From a virus (taxonomy: Duplodnaviria > Caudoviricetes), in the IMG/VR virus record IMGVR_UViG_3300017909_000959, positions 1 to 37,486 of that record: a stretch of DNA of 37,486 nucleotides; one strand, 5' to 3'. Both the position numbers and the translations under genes were made by a program. A model generated the notes under the pieces. It was not told where the DNA came from. It saw only the letters and a program-made list of their open reading frames with translations, and did no database searches. Below are positions 9,104 through 16,829 of this stretch, piece after piece. Positions within the stretch are counted from its first letter, which is position 1, and each line of letters opens with the position of its first letter.

Positions 9104-9274
9104 CTATTCTATTGTTGTTGAAAATGTGACATCGCTTATTTTTTCCTCGAACAAGCTGTCGAATTCACTTTCGACTATATGTTTAACATCGTCTTCTGTC
9201 AACACATGTTGCATATTGAGGTCGATATATTCTTTTATAACGTCTTCAATCATTTGGGATAAAGTCTTTTCCAT
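9104..9274 (-). CDS. Small acidic hypothetical protein (56 aa, MEKTLSQMIEDVIKEY...)
   Basis: Read manually (below the track cut-off); AGGAG RBS; fills the gap in the operon. Confidence 0.65.
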   Translation of the reverse strand: MEKTLSQMIEDVIKEYIDLNMQHVLTEDDVKHIVESEFDSLFEEKISDVTFSTTIE

Positions 9275-9285
9275 CTTGTAAGCTC

Positions 9286-9690
9286 CTACGCTGTTAGTTG
9301 AAATTTAACGTTACCGCCTCCAGTAACCTTATTAATTTTATATCCTGCTTTTCTTAATTTGTAAATACAGGTATAAATGCTATTTCTTTTGAGGCCAGTT
9401 CGCCTCTCGATTGTTTTAAGTGTTATTGGGTATTTTCTCGCCTTTAATTCTGCGAGAATGTTAGCGTGTGAACGACTCATCCCTTGAACATTTTTATCAG
9501 TCCGGAACACTGTTTTAAGGAATTTTCTTGTTGCCTCCTCTTGTTTTCTTTCGTGTTCGGAACACGCATTCATGGCCTGTAATAGATGCCTATTTGCTTT
9601 AACCAAGTTTTTATTCGCCTCGACTACATTTACCTGAATATCTTTAAATGTTAGTAATTTTTTCATGGTATTTCCTTTATATAAAAACAA
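9286..9690 (-). CDS. Winged-HTH DNA-binding protein (likely start at the Met of MKKLL)
   Basis: C-terminal ITLKTIERRTGLKRNSIYTCIYKLRKAGYKI wHTH pattern. Confidence 0.7.
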   Translation of the reverse strand: MFLYKGNTMKKLLTFKDIQVNVVEANKNLVKANRHLLQAMNACSEHERKQEEATRKFLKTVFRTDKNVQGMSRSHANILAELKARKYPITLKTIERRTGLKRNSIYTCIYKLRKAGYKINKVTGGGNVKFQLTA

Positions 9691-9765
9691 AATATAAAAT
9701 TGATAATATGATTATTGCAATTGCTAGTCTATAAATTGCAAGTATTATCTCTAAGAAGTTGACCA

Positions 9766-10716
9766 TCACGCAACCAACATATCGCGCCAATTGTCACTCT
9801 CGACCAACTCGCGGACAACGTCCTGTCGTTGTCTCTGGACATCATGGACGCGATGACCTTTTCGTGAACGTGGGCTGTCGAGTGTGTGGGTTGACCAGTG
9901 GGTAAGAACGTTAAACGCATTCCAACCCGTACGCCCACAATCGACAATTTGCTCTTCCCACAATTTCATTAAGTAGTCGTGAAGCCCGTTATTTATCCGG
10001 TTTGGGTGTTTATCGTCGGAAGTATCACACAAAGTAAACTGCAAAAACTTTCCAAAATCACCCTCTGAAACATGGCTATTTTTTAAATGTCGCATGTATT
10101 CGCGTTGATTCAAAAATGTATCCAGTGACACGTTAGCTTTGTTAAGGATAGCTGTTGGCTCTAGATTCCGAGTGTGTTTTCTTTTTTGATGAAATGCCTT
10201 TTCTCCACCAAACACGAGCGTATTTTGACACAAAGAACGGTACGCACCGGAAAACACCTGAAAAGCCCAAGACATATCAATACTATTATAAATGTCTATT
10301 CTTGGTGTTACTGGATCATTTGCTCCAACGTCTACTTTTAAGCCGTCAAAATAAATAGTACGATGGGCCTTTTTACCATTCTCGAAGATGCGATCAACAA
10401 TAGACAAGTCTGTCCGGTGTTCTGGGAATTGCTCTATAAATTGTAGCGCATGTTCTAACAGCATTTTTTCATGTGGAATAAGATTGTAGCTTTTCGGAAC
10501 TGGTCGCATATCAACTATTTTCCGGGTCGCTGTATTGTACACCGCCTGATAGTCGGTAAGCTCGTTAATCATCCCGTCAATTTCAACTAGCGACGGTACG
10601 CGCTCGAACTTGGCCTCGCTATGGTACAAGTCCAAATCAGTAATAGTACTATGTCTATATTCAACTTTATTAGCTGAACGATTTATTTTATTATTTGTTG
10701 TTACAATGTCTAACAT
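9766..10716 (-). CDS. DUF932-family phage/plasmid protein
   Basis: IYNSIDMS...GAYRSLCQNTLV...KRKHT and TGWNAFNVLTHWSTH patterns; GGAGG RBS. Confidence 0.75.
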   Translation of the reverse strand: MLDIVTTNNKINRSANKVEYRHSTITDLDLYHSEAKFERVPSLVEIDGMINELTDYQAVYNTATRKIVDMRPVPKSYNLIPHEKMLLEHALQFIEQFPEHRTDLSIVDRIFENGKKAHRTIYFDGLKVDVGANDPVTPRIDIYNSIDMSWAFQVFSGAYRSLCQNTLVFGGEKAFHQKRKHTRNLEPTAILNKANVSLDTFLNQREYMRHLKNSHVSEGDFGKFLQFTLCDTSDDKHPNRINNGLHDYLMKLWEEQIVDCGRTGWNAFNVLTHWSTHTLDSPRSRKGHRVHDVQRQRQDVVRELVESDNWRDMLVA

Positions 10717-10772
10717 GTTTTAACCTCCTACAGTTTTTATTGCTAGATAAAATAATCCTTACTTTAAGCTGC

Positions 10773-11492
10773 CTAATGTGTCAAGAAAATAATTGGCTCA
10801 GAAGACTGCCAACACAAACAACAAGACGCACAATTAGCAACACGTCCTGTCTGTTCTGGGCATACAGTGGCGCGTTTTTCATAGTCTTTTATTGTGATAG
10901 TGTCGCGCTGTTTGTCACTTGACAACGCAGAGAAGCTTGTATCTCCGGCATCAGAAAAACGGACGTTAAATCGTGGGCTATCTACTACTTCATAGACTGA
11001 ATAAAGCTTGCGTAAATTAGCTATTTCTTTTCCGATTGCGCTAGTTGGCTTGTGGGCCGTATAACCCCAAACAGCTAGATTATCATAAGTCATTAGCAAC
11101 TCATCCCACAACTTCACATAGTCAACAGAATAAAAGTCACCTAACACATGCAAGCGTACTATCACGCCTTTGTAAGTGTCGCAAAGTTTGTCTATTTCTA
11201 CTCTTAGTTTGTTTTCTAGTTCTGGGCCGTGCTGTATCCGGTGAGCAAATGCCATGTTATTTCCATAACAGTCATCCCAGTGGAAGCACTCACGCGGACA
11301 CGTTGCCCGTTCTTCTAAAGTTAAAGTGTAGATTACATAACCTTTAAACCTACCCTTTTTTACTTGTGGCAATCGTTCATCAGATATCTTTTTATTTTTA
11401 GATAACTTTAAAACATTTTTAGCTTGCTCTACAGTACGCCTTGAGTTTACGTACATAGTAGAATTAGGTTTGTTTATGTCTGCTTTTCTCAT
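10773..11492 (-). CDS. GP88-like Cys-rich (radical-SAM-like Fe-S) protein
   Basis: TCPRECFHWDDCYG, VRLHVLGDFY, WGYT, and C-terminal CPEQ...CASCCLC. Confidence 0.65.
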   Translation of the reverse strand: MRKADINKPNSTMYVNSRRTVEQAKNVLKLSKNKKISDERLPQVKKGRFKGYVIYTLTLEERATCPRECFHWDDCYGNNMAFAHRIQHGPELENKLRVEIDKLCDTYKGVIVRLHVLGDFYSVDYVKLWDELLMTYDNLAVWGYTAHKPTSAIGKEIANLRKLYSVYEVVDSPRFNVRFSDAGDTSFSALSSDKQRDTITIKDYEKRATVCPEQTGRVANCASCCLCWQSSEPIIFLTH

Positions 11493-11721
11493 GTTCTGAT
11501 ACTCCTACATTACTATGTAGTTTCTCATACAGTAAACTGCGGGTATTGTCAAGTTTTATTCTACTTTGACTAGCATATCGATCCAACCAACATCGAGCGC
11601 AAAGAAGCTCTCCTCGATCTCCTATTGCGTCCGACGGTCTACCACAACCACATTCTGGTCTAGTAGTGTCAACGTATTTGTCTTGTCTAGAATCTAACAT
11701 AATGTGTCTCGCCTTTGTCAC
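11464..11721 (-). CDS. Small Zn-finger-like protein
   Basis: CGCG...LCARC motif; in operon. Confidence 0.55.
   Translation of the reverse strand: MTKARHIMLDSRQDKYVDTTRPECGCGRPSDAIGDRGELLCARCWLDRYASQSRIKLDNTRSLLYEKLHSNVGVSEHEKSRHKQT
11522..11552 (-). promoter_or_regulatory. Sigma70-type promoter, degenerate third copy of the 31-bp element
   Basis: TTGACA-17-TATGAG; 3' part AGTTTACTGTATGAGAA matches AGTTTGCTGTATGACAA at 15/17. Confidence 0.6.
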
Positions 11722-11923
11722 GTAAAGATTTTATTTCGTTGTACTCTTTCCACAAGTGGTCAGCGTTTTTGCCTTCCCACTCTAAGTCAGTGATTTTGTC
11801 AAGTAAGCGTTTCAGCTCTTTGTTTATGTCGACGATTGCCTCTAATTCTGTTTGTTCGTCATCAGTTGTAAAGTCTATCATTTGTCTTCTCCTAGATAAC
11901 TCAATACGCTTACTTAGTTTCAT
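11687..11923 (-). CDS. Hypothetical early protein (78 aa)
   Basis: ORF track; compact operon. Confidence 0.6.
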   Translation of the reverse strand: MKLSKRIELSRRRQMIDFTTDDEQTELEAIVDINKELKRLLDKITDLEWEGKNADHLWKEYNEIKSLRDKGETHYVRF

Positions 11924-11930
11924 CCGTTTG

Positions 11931-12140
11931 TCAGTCTCGATCAGCTATATGAGTATACAGCTTGCCATCTCCCATCATTTCTGCGTACAGAAAATCGCAC
12001 AACACTCTGCGTGGATCTACCCCATCCTCTAATATCTCTTCAATAACTCGTGTAAGAGTGCCGTAAGCCTCGTGTCTATCTACAACATCCAATATTGCTT
12101 GGACTGTTGCGTCCGGTAATCTGTCTTCTGCTAAAGTCAT
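11931..12140 (-). CDS. Hypothetical early protein (start MTLAEDR)
   Basis: ATGA overlap with the upstream stop. Confidence 0.6.
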   Translation of the reverse strand: MTLAEDRLPDATVQAILDVVDRHEAYGTLTRVIEEILEDGVDPRRVLCDFLYAEMMGDGKLYTHIADRD

Positions 12141-12640
12141 ATCGCTACTTCCATTTCGTCTGTTAAGTACCATTGTTTGTTTGTGTTAGTTGTCCAGTTA
12201 CCGTTAGGTTCTCCATCGTCCCCATCACACGGGTCACATTCATAAACAACACACAAAGGACGATTTGGTTTTGAATCAGACCAAAAGATACAAAGGTCAA
12301 ACATGCGTTCATCAACTTGAACACCAATCCAAAAGTTTTCCTCAATAAGACTCCCGTCTTTATCAAAGGGGTCTGGGTGTTCTTTTCTAAATTCATCTAG
12401 TGCCTCTGTGTAGTAGAAGCTAAACAACATAGCTTTCTCGTGGTCACTGACTTGTAACTCAGTTGTCGTGTCATCCTTCTCAGAAGTTTTTGTTTCAGGA
12501 TGTACGTCGATAGCACAATCTAAAACGTGGTCATCCCAATCGTAATCATCGGTAGCGTTACGTTTAGCAATCACTTCGTCATCTGCCTCAATGTCACGTA
12601 TTAAATAATTTACTGTAATATATGCTTTGTACTTAGGCAT
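12137..12640 (-). CDS. Acidic hypothetical protein (start MPKYKAY)
   Basis: AGGAGA RBS upstream of ATG 12640. Confidence 0.65.
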   Translation of the reverse strand: MPKYKAYITVNYLIRDIEADDEVIAKRNATDDYDWDDHVLDCAIDVHPETKTSEKDDTTTELQVSDHEKAMLFSFYYTEALDEFRKEHPDPFDKDGSLIEENFWIGVQVDERMFDLCIFWSDSKPNRPLCVVYECDPCDGDDGEPNGNWTTNTNKQWYLTDEMEVAI

Positions 12641-12653
12641 CTTCGATAGTCTC

Positions 12654-12833
12654 CTACTCTCTAAGTTTTGACAAATAACTATCAACCTCGAACAGATCAT
12701 TTAGTCCCTGTTCATGTATGAGGGTCACACGTTCAACTGTGTAGCAGTCATCACATAGAATAGCCTTTACGTCAGGGCAGTCGAAATCCTCTCCAAGAAC
12801 CCCACAATTTTTACAGTTCATCATATCAGTCAT
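12654..12833 (-). CDS. Small Zn-finger-like protein
   Basis: CKNC...LCDDC motif. Confidence 0.55.
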   Translation of the reverse strand: MTDMMNCKNCGVLGEDFDCPDVKAILCDDCYTVERVTLIHEQGLNDLFEVDSYLSKLRE

Positions 12834-12972
12834 CACCAATGCCTTCCTGTATTAAATCAATCATCTTTGACTGCAACTCTTCTGGTAACGAATCGATAAA
12901 GTCACCTACACTAAGTTCCATTATGTCCTCGAACTTGCGTTCTAAATATTCCTCGTGACCGTGGTGGCTCAT
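12826..12972 (-). CDS. Small acidic protein (48 aa, MSHHGHEEYLERKFEDIMEL...)
   Basis: Read manually; AGGAG RBS; ATGA overlap with the upstream stop. Confidence 0.55.
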   Translation of the reverse strand: MSHHGHEEYLERKFEDIMELSVGDFIDSLPEELQSKMIDLIQEGIGDD

Positions 12973-13262
12973 GGTAATACTCTCCTATTTGTAAAGTCTG
13001 CTCCATCACCATACTCGTCAGGTATAACCTCACCTTTTACTCTGTCCCAACATTCCACCGTGTCACTGGTTTCTATCCAGACTTTAGCACCACAAGACAG
13101 TGGCTTATCCGGACTGTATACTACTTCAGCAAGACCATCTAACAAAACCCTATCACAATAGATGTTTTGTTTACCTGACTTTACTGTAATGACAGGCTCA
13201 CGCGTATCTTTCTTGTTGTTCGAGCGAATGATGTGCTGATTGACGTGTATTCTTTTAATCAT
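12969..13262 (-). CDS. Conserved-looking phage hypothetical protein (97 aa)
   Basis: IHVNQHIIRSN...EPVITVK...YSPDKPLSCGAKVWIET pattern; AGGAG RBS. Confidence 0.75.
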   Translation of the reverse strand: MIKRIHVNQHIIRSNNKKDTREPVITVKSGKQNIYCDRVLLDGLAEVVYSPDKPLSCGAKVWIETSDTVECWDRVKGEVIPDEYGDGADFTNRRVLP

Positions 13263-13285
13263 GTTGTTTCTCCTACGTTATGATT

Positions 13286-13483
13286 TTATCGTTTGACGTG
13301 ATGAAAAAAGATTACATCCTCACCTAACGGAAGGGCATAATCCCAGTTCTGTACTTTTTGTTTTCCTACGTACTCCCAAGTGTAACCATCTTTATAGTTA
13401 CGCTCCATAGCGTCCATAACTTTGAAGTTGTTATCGTCGTTGGCAAACAAAACAAATGTTATTATTCCAAATATTGTTAGCAT
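13286..13483 (-). CDS. Small protein with an N-terminal hydrophobic segment (65 aa)
   Basis: GAGG RBS; first gene after the promoter at 13511-13541. Confidence 0.65.
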   Translation of the reverse strand: MLTIFGIITFVLFANDDNNFKVMDAMERNYKDGYTWEYVGKQKVQNWDYALPLGEDVIFFHHVKR

Positions 13484-13510
13484 TTTTACCTCACTACTGC
13501 GTTGATTTAT

Positions 13511-13541
13511 TTGTCATACAGCAAACTAAATATTATGTCAA
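13511..13541 (-). promoter_or_regulatory. Leftward early promoter/operator; copy 1 of the 31-bp inverted repeat
   Basis: Reverse complement reads TTGACATAATATTTAGTTTGCTGTATGACAA (TTGACA-17-TATGAC). Confidence 0.8.
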
Positions 13542-13542
13542 G

Positions 13543-13583
13543 AAAAAAAAAGAGGGCAACACTGATACAATGCTACCCTCTTT
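13543..13583 (-). terminator. Rho-independent terminator after the RHH gene
   Basis: AGAGGGUAGCA/UGUUGCCCUCU 11-bp stem (two G-U pairs that form only on the minus strand) plus a U-tract. Confidence 0.8.
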
Positions 13584-13658
13584 GTGACGTAGGAGATTAC
13601 CATGTTTGTTTATCGACATGATTAGTCTATTAATACATCTCATATATTTACTATATTG

Positions 13659-13856
13659 TCAAGTGGTTTCTTCACTTTCTTCATAGGCATCTAGGTAAAC
13701 CTCGATTGACTCTCTCATTAGATCCGCAACGGACACTTGTATACCGTGTATGTTACTTTCTTTGTGAGCTATGTAGGATAGTTTGTCATAGTGTTCTGTT
13801 TTTAGGTTAAGGTTGTATACTTTTGTTGGTTCTAGTATTTTATTTGGTCTTGGCAT
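13659..13856 (-). CDS. Ribbon-helix-helix transcriptional regulator
   Basis: Alternating beta strand KVYNLNL, helix EHYDKLSYIAH, then SVADLMRESIEVYL; GAGGAG RBS. Confidence 0.7.
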   Translation of the reverse strand: MPRPNKILEPTKVYNLNLKTEHYDKLSYIAHKESNIHGIQVSVADLMRESIEVYLDAYEESEETT

Positions 13857-13897
13857 GTTTGTCTCCTCGTGGGTATTCCCAGCGGGTTAGTTCGTGG

Positions 13898-13926
13898 CTT
13901 GTATCACAGATTTAATTTTTCGTCAA
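13898..13926 (-). promoter_or_regulatory. Promoter of the RHH gene
   Basis: TTGACG-17-TACAAG with extended TGn; -35 is 3 nt from the -35 of the rightward promoter. Confidence 0.55.
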
Positions 13927-13929
13927 GTG

Positions 13930-13960
13930 TTGACATAATATTTAGTTTGCTGTATGACAA
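13930..13960 (+). promoter_or_regulatory. Rightward replication-operon promoter/operator; copy 2 of the 31-bp inverted repeat
   Basis: TTGACATAATATTTAGTTTGCTGTATGACAA, identical to the reverse complement of 13511-13541. Confidence 0.8.
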
Positions 13961-13987
13961 TACCACAACGTGACTAGGAGAGCAACG

Positions 13988-14785
13988 ATGAAATCACCTA
14001 ATTGGTTATCATCCCATGTGGAATCACTTGAGATTGCACCGTTTGGCAGATACAGAAGCGACTGCCCCGTGTGTAACAGAAGAAATACGTTCAGTGTAAC
14101 AGACGATGGCGTACAACGTCTTTGGTTTTGTTTTCACGCTGACTGCAATGTAAGTGGACGTACTTCTGTAAAACTATCTCGTGAACACGCTCCGCAAGCT
14201 TTTAAGAAAAGAGTTAGTCCAAGTAACAATACAAGCACAGACTTCGAGATACCTGACACGTTTGTTAGTTTGTCTAGAAGTGTTGAGGCTATGCAATACA
14301 CACGTAAGGTAAACTGCCACTACGCGTACTTGGCGGGCAAAGTTGATTTGCGTTACGATTTTAAAAAGGACAGAGTGGTCTTCCTTGTTAAGGATGGTTC
14401 TAAAGTAATAGATGCGGTTGGTCGTTCACTCACTGATCGCGCACCGAAGTGGTATAGATATGGAAGTAGCGGAAAGCCTTTTGTTTGTGGCGACGGTAGG
14501 ATCGGATTTGTTGTTGAAGATTGTGCTAGTGCTTGTTGTGTTAGTAATCTGGTCAAAGGTGTAGCTTTGCTTGGTACAAATCTACTGGAAGGTCACATAC
14601 AAGAGCTGACTAAATATGAGAAAGTGTTTGTCGCGTTGGATAAAGACGCAACAGACAAAGCAATACAAATGGTACGCGTACTAAGTGGGTACGTTCCTAC
14701 TAGGTTAGCTATCCTAGCAACTGATTTAAAAAACCTTGAAAGGAAGACACGAGATGAGTTCATCACAAAATATATCACACGATAA
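13988..14785 (+). CDS. DNA primase (Zn finger + TOPRIM)
   Basis: CPVC...CFHADC zinc finger; VVEDCASA and VALDKDA TOPRIM motifs; AGGAG RBS. Confidence 0.85.
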   Translation: MKSPNWLSSHVESLEIAPFGRYRSDCPVCNRRNTFSVTDDGVQRLWFCFHADCNVSGRTSVKLSREHAPQAFKKRVSPSNNTSTDFEIPDTFVSLSRSVEAMQYTRKVNCHYAYLAGKVDLRYDFKKDRVVFLVKDGSKVIDAVGRSLTDRAPKWYRYGSSGKPFVCGDGRIGFVVEDCASACCVSNLVKGVALLGTNLLEGHIQELTKYEKVFVALDKDATDKAIQMVRVLSGYVPTRLAILATDLKNLERKTRDEFITKYITR

Positions 14786-15983
14786 CCTCATACTTGGTTT
14801 TTGTCTTGATGTAGACTTTTTTGGTCGTGTTAAGAACATTCTAAATCGTGAAATGTTCACAAGAGAATCACGAGATATATTCGACACGATTGTATACAGT
14901 CACACCAAGTACGAACAAAGTTTGACTGTTTCAGAACTAGAAGCTTTGTTCAACGATAGAAATCCTGCCATGCCAGATAGCACACGACAAAAAGTTGTGG
15001 ATGAAATCCGTAAGCTTGAGGCGGGTAATCCAGAAAATGTAGATTTACACATGGACATCATACATAACTTCTGGTTACGTGATAAAGCTAGGCAGATTGG
15101 AGAGAAAGCAATAGAGATATTCACAGGAGAAAGTGAAGAGTTTGGTGAGTTGCGTAGACTTATAGACAACGTAGAGGACGGACGCATCACTGATAAAACA
15201 ACGTACTCTGTTGTAGAAGAAGGTTTAGAAGAGCTGTTAGAAGAAGATAACGGAGTGCCTGACTTCCCTTTTGACTTTCCCCTGTTGTACGATCAAGTAA
15301 ACGGTTTGGACAGAGGTAATTTAGGCATTATATTTGCCAGACCAGAAGTGGGTAAGACAACATTTTGTTCCTTTTTAAGTGCTGGGTACATACGACAGGG
15401 TTTTAAGGTAGCATACTGGGCCAACGAAGAAGTTGCAAAGAAAATTAAATTACGAATTATACAGTCCTTCTTTGAAATATCTAAAGAGAACATGAGGTCT
15501 AATCCACAAAAGTACATAGAGGACTACAAGTATCAAGTCGCACCGTACTTAAATATCCTAGACTCTGTAGGTACTTCTGTAGAGGAGTTAGATGATTACG
15601 TTAAGTTAAACAAACCTGACATAATCTTCTGTGATCAACTAGACAAGTTTAAAATAGGCGGGGACTTCGGAAGAGGAGACGAACGATTAAAAGCCACATA
15701 CGTGTACGCTCGTGAAATAGCAAAGCGTAATCGCTGTCTTGTCTGGGCCGTGAGCCAAGCAAACTACGAAGGACACGACAGACAGTTCATAGACTATTCT
15801 ATGTTGGACAACTCTCGTACGGGTAAAGCGGGAGAGGCTGACATGATAATAGGTATTGGCAAAACAGGGTCAAGTGATGTAGAGAATACAATGCGACACA
15901 TCTGTGTATCAAAAAATAAAATAAACGGATGGCACGGCATGATAAATTCACACATAGATATACACACGGGGATATACTACTGA
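14754..15983 (+). CDS. SF4 (DnaB/T7 gp4-like) replicative helicase
   Basis: ARPEVGKT Walker A, IIFCDQLDK Walker B, VSQAN, EADMIIG, KNK. Confidence 0.9.
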   Translation: MSSSQNISHDNLILGFCLDVDFFGRVKNILNREMFTRESRDIFDTIVYSHTKYEQSLTVSELEALFNDRNPAMPDSTRQKVVDEIRKLEAGNPENVDLHMDIIHNFWLRDKARQIGEKAIEIFTGESEEFGELRRLIDNVEDGRITDKTTYSVVEEGLEELLEEDNGVPDFPFDFPLLYDQVNGLDRGNLGIIFARPEVGKTTFCSFLSAGYIRQGFKVAYWANEEVAKKIKLRIIQSFFEISKENMRSNPQKYIEDYKYQVAPYLNILDSVGTSVEELDDYVKLNKPDIIFCDQLDKFKIGGDFGRGDERLKATYVYAREIAKRNRCLVWAVSQANYEGHDRQFIDYSMLDNSRTGKAGEADMIIGIGKTGSSDVENTMRHICVSKNKINGWHGMINSHIDIHTGIYY

Positions 15984-16300
15984 TGCGCGTACGTACACCA
16001 GAACAAAAACAAAGAAAAGTTTTGTACGCTGCCAAGCGTAGAAACAGACGTAAACATCATCTAAATAACTACAAGACAAAGAAAGGGTGTGCTGTGTGTG
16101 GATACAACGCACAAGGGTGCGCTCTTGACTTTGATCATTTAGACAGGAAAACTAAACTAGCCTCTGTATCTAGGTTAACGTTGGGTTCGCTGAAGAAATT
16201 ATTTGACGAGATACGCAAGTGCCAAGTTCTATGTAGGAACTGTCATCAAATAAAGTCTACCATAGAGGAGAAGCAGATACATGCGAATACTGGTATTTGA
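15983..16300 (+). CDS. HNH endonuclease-like protein
   Basis: CAVC...LDFDHL...CQVLCRNCH; ATG overlaps the helicase TGA. Confidence 0.8.
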   Translation: MRVRTPEQKQRKVLYAAKRRNRRKHHLNNYKTKKGCAVCGYNAQGCALDFDHLDRKTKLASVSRLTLGSLKKLFDEIRKCQVLCRNCHQIKSTIEEKQIHANTGI

Positions 16301-16829
16301 CGTAGAAACTACACACGTTGCCAAAAAGTCTGGGGGTACAACACCACTGCCGTACTTTGGTAACAGGCTAGTATCGATAGGCTATAAGTGGGTAGGCGGT
16401 CAATCAAACTACATTTGTTTTTATCACTCTACTGAAGAGCCAACTGAAGATGGTTTTAAAACATTCCAAGACGCGCTTGATTTGGCAGATGTTGTTGTAG
16501 GTCAAAACCTGAAGTTTGATCTGTGTTGGATACGCGAGTGTGGATTCAAATACGATGGTCAAATATATGACACTATGGTCGCAGAGTACGTCTTGTCGAA
16601 GTCTCGTGGGTGGCCTTTAAATCTAGAAGCTTTGGCAAAGAAGTACAGCACGATAGAGAAGAAGAAAGATCTAACTAAGGACTATCTGTCCGACGGTAAA
16701 ACGTTTTACGAAATACCGTGGGATATAGTTCGTGAGTACGGAGAAGCAGACGTAGAGTCCACCGAACAAGTTGCACTAGGACAACTTAAAAAATTTGATA
16801 CAACATTCGAGGAGTTGTTCAGTGAGTAG
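16281..16829 (+). CDS. 3'-5' proofreading exonuclease domain of a split PolA
   Basis: DEDDy motifs FDVET, GQNLKFD, YDTMV, YGEADV. Confidence 0.85.
   Translation: MRILVFDVETTHVAKKSGGTTPLPYFGNRLVSIGYKWVGGQSNYICFYHSTEEPTEDGFKTFQDALDLADVVVGQNLKFDLCWIRECGFKYDGQIYDTMVAEYVLSKSRGWPLNLEALAKKYSTIEKKKDLTKDYLSDGKTFYEIPWDIVREYGEADVESTEQVALGQLKKFDTTFEELFSE

Noticed and set aside
13634-13662. TTGACA on the minus strand at the RHH stop codon
   Set aside because: No usable -10 at 16-18 nt; includes the TGA stop and is followed by a terminator
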